Part shown: positions 28,014-38,289 of the stretch, one piece after another
Position numbering within the stretch: the first letter of the stretch is position 1
Layout: every line of letters begins with the position of its first letter
NCBI GenBank assembly: GCA_965279515.1
Contig: CBDIID010000003.1
Span: 4,064,001-4,128,000 of the forward strand
DNA from: Turneriella sp.
GTDB lineage: Bacteria > Spirochaetota > Leptospiria > Turneriellales > Turneriellaceae
DNA length: 64,000 nt
Reading direction: 5' to 3'
The notes under the pieces: model-generated
Database searches by the model: none
What the model was told of the DNA's origin: nothing
The model's input: the letters and a program-made list of their open reading frames with translations, nothing else
Translations under genes and position numbers: made by a program

Positions 28014-28697
28014 ATGGTGAAACACGTCTATCTCTTCGATATCGACGGCACGCTGATCAACGCGCGCGGCATGGGCTCAAGACTCTTCAGGCAGAGCGTC
28101 GCTGAAACCCTGGGCTATGAACCTGCGTGGGGTCATATCGATTTCGCAGGCCAGACCGACGCAGGGCTACTCAGCCGGGCCCTCGCCGAGGCAAAATACA
28201 CGGTCGCCCCTGACACCCATGCGCGTTTTTTTGAGCGCTACCATGGCCACCTCGAAACCAATTTCCGTCAGAGTCCCGCCGAAATACTGCCGGGTGTCGG
28301 CGATGTGCTGCGCCATCTGGCGGATGACCCCGGTGCCTTACTGGCGCTTCTTACCGGAAACACGCGCCGGGGTAGCGAGCTCAAGCTCGGCGACCTCTTC
28401 CATACTTTTGCTTTCGGCGTTTTCGGAGACAAGCACGCCGACCGCAATGACCTGGGCCGCGAAGCGAGAAGTTATGTCGATGCCACCTTCGGCGCAGACG
28501 TGCGCCTGACCGTCATTGGCGACACTCCCAACGATATTGCTTGCGCACGCGCCGCGGGTGCAACGGCTGTGGCTGTCGCGACGGGATCTTTTTCCCCGGC
28601 GGATTTAGCGCATGCAGACCGGGTTTATACAGACCTGACAGAGTGGTTGCCCGGCATCATGCACAGGCCGCACCCTGCGCAGCCCCACGCTGGATAA
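28014..28697 (+). CDS. HAD-family hydrolase (phosphoglycolate phosphatase-like)
   Basis: FDIDGTL, LTGN, IGDTPND. Confidence 0.9.
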   Translation: MVKHVYLFDIDGTLINARGMGSRLFRQSVAETLGYEPAWGHIDFAGQTDAGLLSRALAEAKYTVAPDTHARFFERYHGHLETNFRQSPAEILPGVGDVLRHLADDPGALLALLTGNTRRGSELKLGDLFHTFAFGVFGDKHADRNDLGREARSYVDATFGADVRLTVIGDTPNDIACARAAGATAVAVATGSFSPADLAHADRVYTDLTEWLPGIMHRPHPAQPHAG

Positions 28698-28965
28698 CAG
28701 GCTCCTGTGCCGGTAAGCCCGTGATCTGGGTGGTGGTGAGAAAAGCGTTGTCCATCATCACCAGCGGCGCCAAATGGCAGTTACCCGAGCAGCGTATCGT
28801 ATCCAGTTTCACCGAACCGTCGGCACTGACGGGGTTCTCCTGAATGCCGAACTTCTCTTTGATCAGCTGCATCGCGCGGCCGCCGCCTTTGTGTGTGCAA
28901 CTGATTCCTGTGCAGATGGTAATCCTGCGCAGTGCTGCTTTCGGGCGTTTCGTCGTTGCTTTCAT
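28657..28965 (-). CDS. Thioredoxin-like 2Fe-2S ferredoxin (NuoE-like)
   Basis: CTGISC...CSGNCHLAP. Confidence 0.8.
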   Translation of the reverse strand: MKATTKRPKAALRRITICTGISCTHKGGGRAMQLIKEKFGIQENPVSADGSVKLDTIRCSGNCHLAPLVMMDNAFLTTTQITGLPAQEPVIQRGAAQGAACA

Positions 28966-29043
28966 AGCTGTCTTTAACCCATTTCCGCGTCCCCGTCAAT
29001 GCGGTGATCGACGCAGCATACCGCGTAATATTACCTGGCAGAG

Positions 29044-30099
29044 TTAATCAAATTCCAGCTTATCGAGCCGCTTTATGGCTTTTTGCATGAGGCTCGAATG
29101 GCAGCGTGTTCTCAGCTCGGCCGGGGTGAGGAATTTACCGCCCGGTATTTCCGCTTTGATAAACATGAGTTTGGCGGAGATCTTATAGCGGGTAATCGTA
29201 TGCCTGAAATCGAGCGGTAAATTCTGGGCCCGTGAAAGTGTTTTTTTGATCAGTGCGGCGGATATTTTTCCGGGCAGCGTTGCCACATTACCCTTAGGCG
29301 GTAGCACGAGATATGCCGGGAACATTAGTTCGCCGCTGAGAAACGGAAATTTTTCGGTATTTTCAAAGACCTGGTACTTATTGCCCTTGCGGTGAACAAA
29401 CATGAGCCAGAGTACTTCCAGCGCTTCAACGCGTGCCGCTTTTTTAGGAAACTGCATCTGCTGGCCGGCAGCATAGGCTCCACAAAAATCAGCGGCGAAA
29501 CATTTATCGCAGGCCGGTTTTTTTTTGCAGATCGTCTGCCCCCATTGCATGAGTGCTTCGTTGACGTCGCCCGCCGGCATCTTTGTCTCAAAAAGCGGCG
29601 CGGCGGCGCGCCCGGCGGCCTCGCGGAATTTCTGGCCGCCCTGCGGATGCGCGATGGTGTAGATGCGTGAAAGCACGCGCGCGTGGTTGGCATCGAGCGC
29701 GAGAATTTTTTCGCCGCCATGGATCGACGCAACGATCGCGGCGGTGTAATGGCCGATACCGGGAATCCGTACCAGCTCGCCGTAAGCGACCGGCACTTCA
29801 GCCTTGTGCTTTTTTACAATTTCGACGGCAGCCTTGAACATGTTGCGCGCGCGCGAATAATAACCCATACCCTGGAAGGCAGCGAGCACATCTTCGAGGG
29901 GACCTTTGGCCAATGCTTTTACATCGGGGAACCGCTTGAGGAAGGTCTTGAGCTTTTCTTTACCGGCGGCAATCTGCGTTTGCTGCAGAAAAATTTCCGT
30001 GATCCAGGTGCGGTAGGGATTCCGCTCCAGGCGAAATTCATAGCGGTGTTTCTCCCCGGCATACCAGGCTAAGAGGCGATTGACAAGGCTATCGGGCAA
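29044..30099 (-). CDS. mutY: A/G-specific adenine glycosylase
   Basis: EIFLQQT, GMGYYSRARN, HhH motif, C-x5-C-x2-C-x5-C FeS motif. Confidence 0.88.
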   Translation of the reverse strand: MPDSLVNRLLAWYAGEKHRYEFRLERNPYRTWITEIFLQQTQIAAGKEKLKTFLKRFPDVKALAKGPLEDVLAAFQGMGYYSRARNMFKAAVEIVKKHKAEVPVAYGELVRIPGIGHYTAAIVASIHGGEKILALDANHARVLSRIYTIAHPQGGQKFREAAGRAAAPLFETKMPAGDVNEALMQWGQTICKKKPACDKCFAADFCGAYAAGQQMQFPKKAARVEALEVLWLMFVHRKGNKYQVFENTEKFPFLSGELMFPAYLVLPPKGNVATLPGKISAALIKKTLSRAQNLPLDFRHTITRYKISAKLMFIKAEIPGGKFLTPAELRTRCHSSLMQKAIKRLDKLEFD

Positions 30100-31387
30100 A
30101 GACAGCTTCTCCGTCGATGAGCGTCATCGCCACCATTTCTGTGTGTGGCCGGTAGAGAATACGGTTGAGCCGTTCGGAAAGTGACGAATAATGGTTCGGC
30201 TCTTCATCGAGCAATGTATCACACCGGCTATCGTCGATCAGCGCCAGGTCTGCGCGTTTGCCGACGGTAAAGCTACCAAGTTCATCTGCACGGCCGAGTG
30301 CCTGGGCATTGCCCAGCGTCGCCTGGTAGAGCGCCGTTGCGCAGTTCACGCCGACCTCGCTGCCATCGAAGTGCGCCCGCAGCTTGGCCATCTCTGCCAT
30401 CTGTTTTGCTTCATGCAGCATCGAGAGCGAGTATCCCGCTGCTACGTCGGTGCCGAGCCCCAGGCGCAAACCCGCTTTCTGAAAAGCTGCATACGGCAGA
30501 ATGCCGCTACCGAGGAAGTTGTTTGAGACCGGGCAGTGGACGATCACGCTTTGCCGTTCGCGTATCCGTTGCTGCTCGTCCGCTGTCAGGTGAATGCCGT
30601 GGCCTAACAGGGATTTCCCGTGGAGGCAGCCGTACGTATCGTAAACCTCGGTGTAACTTTTTGCCTCGGGAAAAAGTTTTAGCGTCGTTGCGATCTCCGC
30701 CGTGTTCTCGCTGATGTGCGTTTGCAGAAAAGTATCATGCCCGCGGCTGATCTCGCCGCAGAGCTGTAACAGCCCGGCAGTACAGCTGATGGCAAAACGC
30801 GGTGTGACGACAAATTCCGCGCGGTTTTTCTTATGGTACTGGCCAATGAGCCGGGTCATATCCTTTTCAGCAGTAGCGGCATCCGTGAGAAGAGCCTTCG
30901 GCACATTGCGGTCCATCAGGGTAAGGCCCAGGTAGGCGCGTATGCCCGAACGTTCTGCCTCGGCGAAGGCGATATCGGCTGCAGCAGCAAAAGACGACAG
31001 GTAGGCGACGACGGTGGTCGTGCCCTGTGTCAGGCAGCTCTGGAAAAAATTGAGGCTCTGCAGTTCAGCCACCGCAGCGTCGGCAAAACGTGACTCCTGC
31101 GGAAAGGTATATTTTTCGAGCCAGGGCAATAATGCCTCAGCGCCCTGCGCGGCAAATTCATACTGCGGCAGATGCGTATGCAGGTCGATGAGTCCAGGCA
31201 GGGCAATGGCGTCATCGCGCACGAGCACGTCGTAGCTTTTGAGTTTTTCGGGCGCCGGCGCAGTGGCTGAGAAATATTCAATAATGCCCTGTTCATTCCA
31301 GAGCAAAAAGGCTTTGTCAAAAAATTCCAACCGGCCATCCGCAGTGGGATTCACAAACGCGGCGGTAATACCTCCCTTTTTGCGCAT
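30089..31387 (-). CDS. guaD: Guanine deaminase
   Basis: DLHTHLPQY, TPRFAISC, QTHISEN, GTDVAAG. Confidence 0.92.
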   Translation of the reverse strand: MRKKGGITAAFVNPTADGRLEFFDKAFLLWNEQGIIEYFSATAPAPEKLKSYDVLVRDDAIALPGLIDLHTHLPQYEFAAQGAEALLPWLEKYTFPQESRFADAAVAELQSLNFFQSCLTQGTTTVVAYLSSFAAAADIAFAEAERSGIRAYLGLTLMDRNVPKALLTDAATAEKDMTRLIGQYHKKNRAEFVVTPRFAISCTAGLLQLCGEISRGHDTFLQTHISENTAEIATTLKLFPEAKSYTEVYDTYGCLHGKSLLGHGIHLTADEQQRIRERQSVIVHCPVSNNFLGSGILPYAAFQKAGLRLGLGTDVAAGYSLSMLHEAKQMAEMAKLRAHFDGSEVGVNCATALYQATLGNAQALGRADELGSFTVGKRADLALIDDSRCDTLLDEEPNHYSSLSERLNRILYRPHTEMVAMTLIDGEAVFAR

Positions 31388-31392
31388 GGGGA

Positions 31393-32151
31393 CTATTCTA
31401 TGACGGGAATCGGCCCCGTCAATTTACCTTCACGGAACTGTTCGAAATAGGGTTCGCTCGTGGTCTTAAACTCATCGCGCGTGAGTATACCGTGCAGCCG
31501 GCCGCCGACCATCAGGCCGATACGGTCGGCGAGTTTGTAGGCGAGATTAAAATCGTGTGCGACAACGATGGCTGTGCTGCCGAGATTGCGTTTAATGCCC
31601 TTGATGAGTTCGGCGATCGCGTCGGTGAGCACGGGGTCGAGCCCCGCTGTCGGGTCATCGAACAGCAGAATTCTCGGGTCCATCGCAATGGCGCGCGCAA
31701 TGCCGGCGCGTTTTTGCATCCCCCCGGAAAGCTCTGACGGATATTTGTCTTCGACGTCCTTAAGACCGGCACGGTTCAGGCATTCGGTTGCTTTCGCGCG
31801 CAGCGCATCCGCATCGAGTTTGCTGAAACGCCGCAGGGCGAAGACAACATTCTCCCAGACATGCAGGGAATCGAAGAGACCCGATTTCTGGAACACGTAG
31901 CCGATCTGCTGGCGCAGCTGGTCGAGTTCGCGGTTTTTCAGCTTATGCACATTGCGCCCGAGAATTTCAGCCGTGCCGCGCTGCGGCCTGAACAGGCCGA
32001 CGAGGGTTTTCAGCAGCATGGTTTTTCCCGAGCCGTTTTTTCCCATGATAACCAGCGTCTCGCCGGGCTGCATTTCGATGCTGATGTCTTCGAGAATTTT
32101 TTTTTCAGCTATGGTGAGCGAAATATTTCTGAGCGCGACTGCCTGTTCCAT
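31393..32151 (-). CDS. MlaF/Mkl-like ABC transporter ATP-binding protein
   Basis: GKNGSGKT, ELSGGMQKR, PTAGLDP. Confidence 0.88.
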   Translation of the reverse strand: MEQAVALRNISLTIAEKKILEDISIEMQPGETLVIMGKNGSGKTMLLKTLVGLFRPQRGTAEILGRNVHKLKNRELDQLRQQIGYVFQKSGLFDSLHVWENVVFALRRFSKLDADALRAKATECLNRAGLKDVEDKYPSELSGGMQKRAGIARAIAMDPRILLFDDPTAGLDPVLTDAIAELIKGIKRNLGSTAIVVAHDFNLAYKLADRIGLMVGGRLHGILTRDEFKTTSEPYFEQFREGKLTGPIPVIE

Positions 32152-32909
32152 TACGTATCCCTCATGCGGAATGTGACGATGACGACGCCCGTCGCGCGCT
32201 CGCCCGAAGCCGAGGGTGAAAACACCGCGTTGCGGTAGGCGTTCTTGGCATTGATATCGAGCTTTGCATAACCCGAAGATTTAATGACTTCGATCTCTTC
32301 GACGCGGCCATCGGGCCCCACTTCAATCAAAAGTTCAACGCGGCCCTGTCCCGATTTTTTGCGCACGCTTTCGGGATAGTCGATGGCGGGCAGGGTGATG
32401 AGTCTCCGTGCCGCACCTTTTTTCCAGCGCGTGCTGGTACCGGTGTCGCCCTTGGGTACAACCACCGCTTCATTTTCACCGCGCTTTCCGGTTTTGCCTG
32501 TGGTTTCATTCCCCCAGGAAGTGTTTTTTGATTTGGGCCGTGTCGCATTTGTCTCAGAATTGTTGCGCGTATGCATTTTCTGCTCGTAGGCGCTCCAGGG
32601 ATCTGAAGGCGTCGAAGGCGCGTTGCTGTTAGTTTTGCTGCCTTTTTGCGGCCGTGACGCTGCCGATGCGGCGGATTGACTGCGTTTCTGTTTACGGCTT
32701 TTCTGCGGAACTTCTTCTTCCGTTTCTTCGTCACGCTCTTCGAGCCGATTAGGTGTGTCGTTGCGCTCGATGACGAGTTTGACTTCGAGCGGATTGCCCA
32801 GATTGCGGCTCGCGAACAATATCAGCAACAAAAATAGTATGGCATGCGCCGCAACAGAAATAAAAAACGCGCGGCGTTCGTGGGATTTAAAAGAGAAAAT
32901 TTCGGGCAT
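32151..32909 (-). CDS. TonB-family protein
   Basis: N-terminal TM with His, disordered linker, YPESVRKKSGQGRV...SSGY..LD C-domain. Confidence 0.85.
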   Translation of the reverse strand: MPEIFSFKSHERRAFFISVAAHAILFLLLILFASRNLGNPLEVKLVIERNDTPNRLEERDEETEEEVPQKSRKQKRSQSAASAASRPQKGSKTNSNAPSTPSDPWSAYEQKMHTRNNSETNATRPKSKNTSWGNETTGKTGKRGENEAVVVPKGDTGTSTRWKKGAARRLITLPAIDYPESVRKKSGQGRVELLIEVGPDGRVEEIEVIKSSGYAKLDINAKNAYRNAVFSPSASGERATGVVIVTFRMRDT

Positions 32910-32912
32910 AGC

Positions 32913-34157
32913 TCATTTGCGGAAGATCTTTTTTACATAACCGATTCCGTCTATGAGCCTGTCAACATCGTCACGGGTATTATAAACAGAGAACGAGGCC
33001 CGGGCAGTCGCCGGTACGCCGAGCGCGCGCATCAAAAGCTGGCAGCAGTGGTGTCCGGCGCGCACGCAGATATCCTGTTCGTCGAGCAAGGTGCCGGTAT
33101 CGTGGGCATGCACGCCCGCAATTTCAAAGGAATAGATCGGCGAGCGGCGGGGGGCAGAGCCACCGAAAAACCGCACGCCGGCTGCCTTGAATTTTTCATC
33201 CGCATAGGCCATGAGTTCGCTGTCGCGCCCGTGGATGGCCGGCGCAAATTCACCGGCAAATTCGAGGGCCTTGCCGAAGGCATAGATTTCGCCGACGGCC
33301 TGCGTGCCGGCCTCGAATTTCGCCGGCGCTTCGAGGTAGCTGGATTTCTCCCGTTCGACAAGGCTGATCATACCGCCGCCGCCCTGGTAGACATCTGCCG
33401 CGTCGAGCACGGGTTTGCGGGCGACAACGGCGCCGACGCCTGTGGGCCCGAAAATCTTATGCGCCGAGAATGAAACAAAGTCGGGCGCGAGTGCGCGGAT
33501 CGTTTCGGGGGCATGGATCACGGCCTGCGCGGCGTCGAGTACGAAAGCCGCACCGGTATCACGGGCTGCCTGCCGGTACGGTGCCAGGTCATGGACGATG
33601 CCCGTGACGTTCGACTGCAAACTCAGCGAAACGATGCGCAGTGAATAGGTGGATTGAATTTCCTGCAGGAAGTTTGGGGCCGCGTTGAAGTTGCCATCCG
33701 CGTCGACGGGAATATAGAGCAGCTTGTAGCCGCGCTCTGCCGCGAAAATCTGCCACGGGACAATATTCGCATGGTGCTCGCTGTCGCTCAGCAGGATAGC
33801 CGGCGGTTTGGTGCCGGCAAAACTTTTAAAGAAATCGGTTAACTTTGATTTCGGTGAAGTCAGGATATGCGCAATCAGGTTCAGGCCGTCTGTGGTGCCT
33901 TTGACAAAAACCGCCGTCGTATCGCTTTGATCGGAAACAAATTGTACTACCTGTGACCTGACTCTTTCAACGGTGTCGGTCGCGCGCTGCGACAGGCGGT
34001 AGACACCGCGGTGTATGTTCACCGATTCGCGCGCGGTGTATTCGACCAGGGCATCGACGACGCGCTGTGGTTTGAGTGACGTCGCCCCGGAGTCGAGATA
34101 GACGATGCCGGGGTTCGCGGAGAAAAAAGGAAACTCGGCGCGGGGATCTTTCTGCAT
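32913..34157 (-). CDS. sufS: SufS-type cysteine desulfurase
   Basis: YLDSGATSLKP, SAHKIFGPTG, RAGHHCCQ. Confidence 0.9.
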   Translation of the reverse strand: MQKDPRAEFPFFSANPGIVYLDSGATSLKPQRVVDALVEYTARESVNIHRGVYRLSQRATDTVERVRSQVVQFVSDQSDTTAVFVKGTTDGLNLIAHILTSPKSKLTDFFKSFAGTKPPAILLSDSEHHANIVPWQIFAAERGYKLLYIPVDADGNFNAAPNFLQEIQSTYSLRIVSLSLQSNVTGIVHDLAPYRQAARDTGAAFVLDAAQAVIHAPETIRALAPDFVSFSAHKIFGPTGVGAVVARKPVLDAADVYQGGGGMISLVEREKSSYLEAPAKFEAGTQAVGEIYAFGKALEFAGEFAPAIHGRDSELMAYADEKFKAAGVRFFGGSAPRRSPIYSFEIAGVHAHDTGTLLDEQDICVRAGHHCCQLLMRALGVPATARASFSVYNTRDDVDRLIDGIGYVKKIFRK

Positions 34158-34182
34158 GAACAACGAGAAGATAATCTAAAAA

Positions 34183-35688
34183 TCAAAGCTTGTCCAGTTT
34201 AGGCTCGACTGTGAAAAGTACCGGTCCGTCAAAAATTCTCTGCACAACCTTGCCATCGACCTTGGCAGCCAGCGGAAAATTACCGCTGCCGATGAGCAGG
34301 CGTTCTCCCGCCGGCACGAGTACGGTCGGCCGCGAGGGCAGGGTTATGTGGCGGCGGGTGAAGGTGAAATCCGTGCCCGGCTCAAGCAGCGTCAGATCCT
34401 GTTTTCGTGATGGGTCGGTATAAAACCGGGCGATCGCGATCGTGTTTTTTTTGCCTTGGGGAATGAGTGCCATCGTTAGTGCACCCGGTACAGATTCAAA
34501 GCGTAGTTGTCTGAGGGATGCGGCATTCTGCTCGAGGCGGTAAATCCTGAGGCCCTGATCGGGCTTGTTTTCGTTGTAGGGGCCTGAATCCGCATTGTCG
34601 CCACTTAACACCAGAATTTCGGGATTGCCGTCGCCGTCGATGTCGGCTATTTCGAGCCAGACAGCGCCGAGATGTGGCGGAAAATCGATCAGGCTGCGCT
34701 CGGTGGTGCGGCCATTTTCATAGACGAGATGCAGCAGTGCCTCGCGCGCCCCGCCTGCCAGGGCAAGAAATTCCGTGCGTTTCGCCCTGAGCGACAGGGG
34801 TGCCAGCCGCACGATCGAAGCATGGTTAGAGAGTGTTTTCTCTTTATAACCCGCCGGGCTGCTTTCAAACAGCAAAATGCCGCCACCCGTCACTGCGCCG
34901 AAACCTGCAACGATGAAATCCGCCTTGCCGTCGCCGTTCATATCGGCGGTTAAAAAATGCCCCGAGCGCGGCAGGTCTTTGAGAATTTTTCGCGCTGAAT
35001 GTGTTTTCGCATCGATGGAGTAGAGCGCAGCCTTGTTTTCGTCGCTGAGCGCGCCAAGAAGGCTACCGAGCGTCAGAACATAAAACCCACCGTCGGCCGG
35101 GGCGATATGCACCGGAGGCGAATCGAGCATCACAGAAAAATCTGCAGAGAGATCGCTCTTTAGGAATTCCAGTTTGCCCGTGACACCGCCCCCGATTGCA
35201 ATGCGCCCGTCGGCGAGCTTTTGCAACATGGTCACACCCTGGTCCGCAAAGGGCACGGGAGTCGCTTTCAGCTCGCCGGCACTTTCATGGGATTCGAACG
35301 GATAGCGGGCAAGGCCCAGGTAATAGGCGCGCAGGTTTTTCCAGTCAGCGGCAGAAATCTGCGGCGTCGCGGGGATTAAACCGGATTTTTTGAGAAGCTC
35401 ATAGCGGCCTTTGAACTGCGCCCGTTCAACATCATCGAGCCCGCGCGAGGCGTCGATGCCGTGGAAGAGTCCCATATACGCGAGCATAAAGGCCGCATTG
35501 TCCTGCGACATCGATTCGGGCTGTGGTGTGAGATGGCAGCTGCTGCAGTATTTTTCGGCGACGGCGCGGCCCTTCGCTACATTGGCCCGGCTGGCATCCA
35601 GGTCTTCGCCGCGGAAATCGCTAAAGCGCGCGCGCGTGCAGTGAGAAGTGAAAAGCGCCGCGATCAGTATCGCGGCTGTACGCTTTAT
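34183..35688 (-). CDS. Lipoprotein with c-type heme motif and FG-GAP/VCBS repeats (apparent ATA start)
   Basis: In-frame upstream extension IKRTAAILIAALFTSHC...YCSSCH; DMNGDGKADF and DIDGDGNPEI repeats. Confidence 0.75.
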   Translation of the reverse strand: MKRTAAILIAALFTSHCTRARFSDFRGEDLDASRANVAKGRAVAEKYCSSCHLTPQPESMSQDNAAFMLAYMGLFHGIDASRGLDDVERAQFKGRYELLKKSGLIPATPQISAADWKNLRAYYLGLARYPFESHESAGELKATPVPFADQGVTMLQKLADGRIAIGGGVTGKLEFLKSDLSADFSVMLDSPPVHIAPADGGFYVLTLGSLLGALSDENKAALYSIDAKTHSARKILKDLPRSGHFLTADMNGDGKADFIVAGFGAVTGGGILLFESSPAGYKEKTLSNHASIVRLAPLSLRAKRTEFLALAGGAREALLHLVYENGRTTERSLIDFPPHLGAVWLEIADIDGDGNPEILVLSGDNADSGPYNENKPDQGLRIYRLEQNAASLRQLRFESVPGALTMALIPQGKKNTIAIARFYTDPSRKQDLTLLEPGTDFTFTRRHITLPSRPTVLVPAGERLLIGSGNFPLAAKVDGKVVQRIFDGPVLFTVEPKLDKL

Positions 35689-36143
35689 CGTGCCCCCGAT
35701 TTAATGAGCAAGGTTGCGAGCTCGGTATGACCGCCGCGCTGCGCCAGCATCACTGCCGTTTCGCCATTGGGCGATCTATAGTTCGGATTTGCCCCGGCGG
35801 CGAGCAGGGCACGCGCAGCTTCGGTATGACCACCGACACAGGCGAGCATGAGCGCGTTCCAGGTGAATTTATTCAGCGTATGCACGTCGGCCTTGGCTGC
35901 AAGAAGCGCGGTCAGGACTTTTAATTGTCCTCGTTCCGACGCGGCCATGAGCGCGGTATAACCCGTCGAACTCTTCTGGTTGATATTCACACCCTGGGCG
36001 ATGAGTTCAGCGACGCGTTTTTCGTCGCCGTTTTCCGCGGCGTCGACGAGGTTGTCTGAGGGCGTCGCAAAAGTTTTTTTCTGCGACGAGCCACAGTACG
36101 TGAACGCTGTTAGAATCAGAACCGGGAAAAGAACCTTGTGCAT
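35685..36143 (-). CDS. Ankyrin-repeat lipoprotein
   Basis: AFTYC lipobox-like signal; GYTALMAAS...G repeats. Confidence 0.9.
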   Translation of the reverse strand: MHKVLFPVLILTAFTYCGSSQKKTFATPSDNLVDAAENGDEKRVAELIAQGVNINQKSSTGYTALMAASERGQLKVLTALLAAKADVHTLNKFTWNALMLACVGGHTEAARALLAAGANPNYRSPNGETAVMLAQRGGHTELATLLIKSGAR

Positions 36144-36154
36144 GGGAGATCCTC

Positions 36155-36958
36155 CTAACCTTTTTCGTATTTTGACTGGTTTTCGAGCCCCGCTTTGCGG
36201 AGCGTATCGATGAGAGCGGGGGCAAGGCCCGGCAGGGCGCTGGCGGTTTTTGCAAACAGCCCGCGCCAGAAGGGTAGCGTGATCTCGGGTTCATTCTTGC
36301 CCAGAACGCCCAGAATCGCATCGGCGATATCTTTTGCTGTCAGCGGAGCGCTGCCTGAAAAGGTCAGCGCCGCTTCGGGATAATCTTTTTGCAGGTCGAG
36401 CATCGGTGTCTTTACCGCGTCGGGGCAGACGACCGTAACGCAGACACCGTGGTCTTTGAGTTCGCTCGCGAGCGCGAGCGTAAAGCCGCGCACGGCAAAT
36501 TTAGAGGCGCTGTAGAGGCCGATACCGGGAATCGGCGCCACACCGGCGAGCGAGGCGATGTTGATGATGTGGCCCGTTTGGGCCTTCTTAAATTCGCGCG
36601 CGGCGATCGAAGAACCGAGCATCACGCCTTTGACATTGATGTCGATGTGGAAATCGATATCCTTCGAGGTTATTTTGTCTATATAACCGGGCTTAAGAAC
36701 ACCCACCGCGTTGATGAGCGCATATACGGGGCCCAGGGCCTGAGCATGGTTAAAAACCTTTTCCCATTCGTCGGCGCTGCGCACGTCGAGCTTCAGCGTC
36801 TGCACGCGCGTGTGTGTGCCGAGCTTGCGCAGCGCTACCTCGTCGACATCGGTTGCGACGACAATCGCACCGCTCTGGTGCAGGGCGGTGACGAGCTCTT
36901 GCCCGATGCCGCCGGCCGCGCCGGTGACGATGATGACTTTACCTGAAATTTCCGCCAT
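36155..36958 (-). CDS. SDR-family oxidoreductase
   Basis: TGAAGGIG, YSASK. Confidence 0.9.
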   Translation of the reverse strand: MAEISGKVIIVTGAAGGIGQELVTALHQSGAIVVATDVDEVALRKLGTHTRVQTLKLDVRSADEWEKVFNHAQALGPVYALINAVGVLKPGYIDKITSKDIDFHIDINVKGVMLGSSIAAREFKKAQTGHIINIASLAGVAPIPGIGLYSASKFAVRGFTLALASELKDHGVCVTVVCPDAVKTPMLDLQKDYPEAALTFSGSAPLTAKDIADAILGVLGKNEPEITLPFWRGLFAKTASALPGLAPALIDTLRKAGLENQSKYEKG

Positions 36959-36968
36959 TGCTTGTCCT

Positions 36969-37886
36969 TTAACCGGTTTTGCGTCTGTCTTCGTTCTCGG
37001 TAAATTTAAAAATTTCCTGCGCGATGCGTTCGTCACTCTCCATGGTCAGAAAATGCCCCACCTGCGGCAGAATGCGCAGCGTGAATTCGCTGGCGATTTC
37101 TGCATGCATACCTTCAAACATCTCGGGTAGAATACAGCCGTCACCCGAACCAGTGAGTGTCAGTGTGGGAATTTGTACAGGCGCCAACGATAATTCCCGG
37201 CTGCGGTTATATAACGCCAGCTCGCTTACAAACGGGCTCATGAGACCGCGGTAATAGGCGAGCGCATTTTTCAGAATCTGTTCATCGCCAAAGGCGTTTT
37301 TGACCGCAGTGAGTGCATCGGCGTCGAGCGTTGCACCGGGTGACCATTTGGACCACAGGTTTTCGATGAAAGCAAAATTGTCTCGGGCCACGCGTGCTTC
37401 TGGTATGCCGAACCGCAGCTGGAAGAACAAAATATACCAACTCTGCAAAATCTGCGAGGGGTTTTTCCACAGGTTGGACAAAAATACTTTTAAGTGCGGC
37501 ACGCTCAGCGTCACGAGACAGGAAAATTTTTCAGGGGCCAGGTTCGCCGCGGCGTATGCGGTGATTGCTCCCCAGTCATGGCCAATGAGGAGTGCATCTT
37601 TAAAACCCGCGGCCTCGACCATGGCAACGGCATCTGCCGCAAGATCGGCGACCTGAATGGTTGCCATGGGATTTTCCTGTAGTTCGCGCGGCGTATTCAT
37701 CTGCGTGTAGCCGCGCAGGTAGGGCGCAATACAGGTGTAACCCGCCGCGGCAAGGCGCGGCATCAGGCGGTTCCACGTGCGTGGTGTATCGGGAAAACCG
37801 TGGAGGAGTAGAGCGAGGCGTTTGCCTTCGCCTTGTTTCAGTGCGGGGTGAGAGAGGCCATTCGCGGTAAGAGTAATTTGTTGCAT
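36969..37886 (-). CDS. Alpha/beta hydrolase (epoxide hydrolase-like)
   Basis: LHGFPD, GHDWGA, GHF. Confidence 0.9.
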   Translation of the reverse strand: MQQITLTANGLSHPALKQGEGKRLALLLHGFPDTPRTWNRLMPRLAAAGYTCIAPYLRGYTQMNTPRELQENPMATIQVADLAADAVAMVEAAGFKDALLIGHDWGAITAYAAANLAPEKFSCLVTLSVPHLKVFLSNLWKNPSQILQSWYILFFQLRFGIPEARVARDNFAFIENLWSKWSPGATLDADALTAVKNAFGDEQILKNALAYYRGLMSPFVSELALYNRSRELSLAPVQIPTLTLTGSGDGCILPEMFEGMHAEIASEFTLRILPQVGHFLTMESDERIAQEIFKFTENEDRRKTG

Positions 37887-37937
37887 AGAAGAGAGTGGGT
37901 CATTACGATCAGAGGCGCGTCAACGGGATCAATCCCC

Positions 37938-38288
37938 CTAGCTTGCCTTCTGCTGCATCTCACACTGACCTTCAAAGATAACGCCGTCGTCGATCTCGAG
38001 TTTCGGCGCACGGATGTTGCCAATGAGTTTCGCGCCCTGCTTGAGTTCGACCTTTTCAGTCGCGACCACGTTGCCCGTTACCTGCCCATATACAACGACG
38101 TATGCCGCTTCGATATGCGCAGTGACTTTTGCTTCAGGCCCGATCTCGAGCATTTCGCCGCCCTTGATCTCGCCCTCGTAGTTGCCGAGAATGCGCAGCG
38201 GTTTTGCGAACTGCAGAATGCCCTTGAAACTCGAGCCGTGCGCGAATGTGGTGGCGTCGCCGCGACGCCGTGGTTCTCTGGATGCCAT
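37938..38288 (-). CDS. Bactofilin (polymer-forming cytoskeletal protein)
   Basis: Beta-helix repeats ending IDDGVIFEGQCEM. Confidence 0.88.
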   Translation of the reverse strand: MASREPRRRGDATTFAHGSSFKGILQFAKPLRILGNYEGEIKGGEMLEIGPEAKVTAHIEAAYVVVYGQVTGNVVATEKVELKQGAKLIGNIRAPKLEIDDGVIFEGQCEMQQKAS

Positions 38289-38289
38289 A

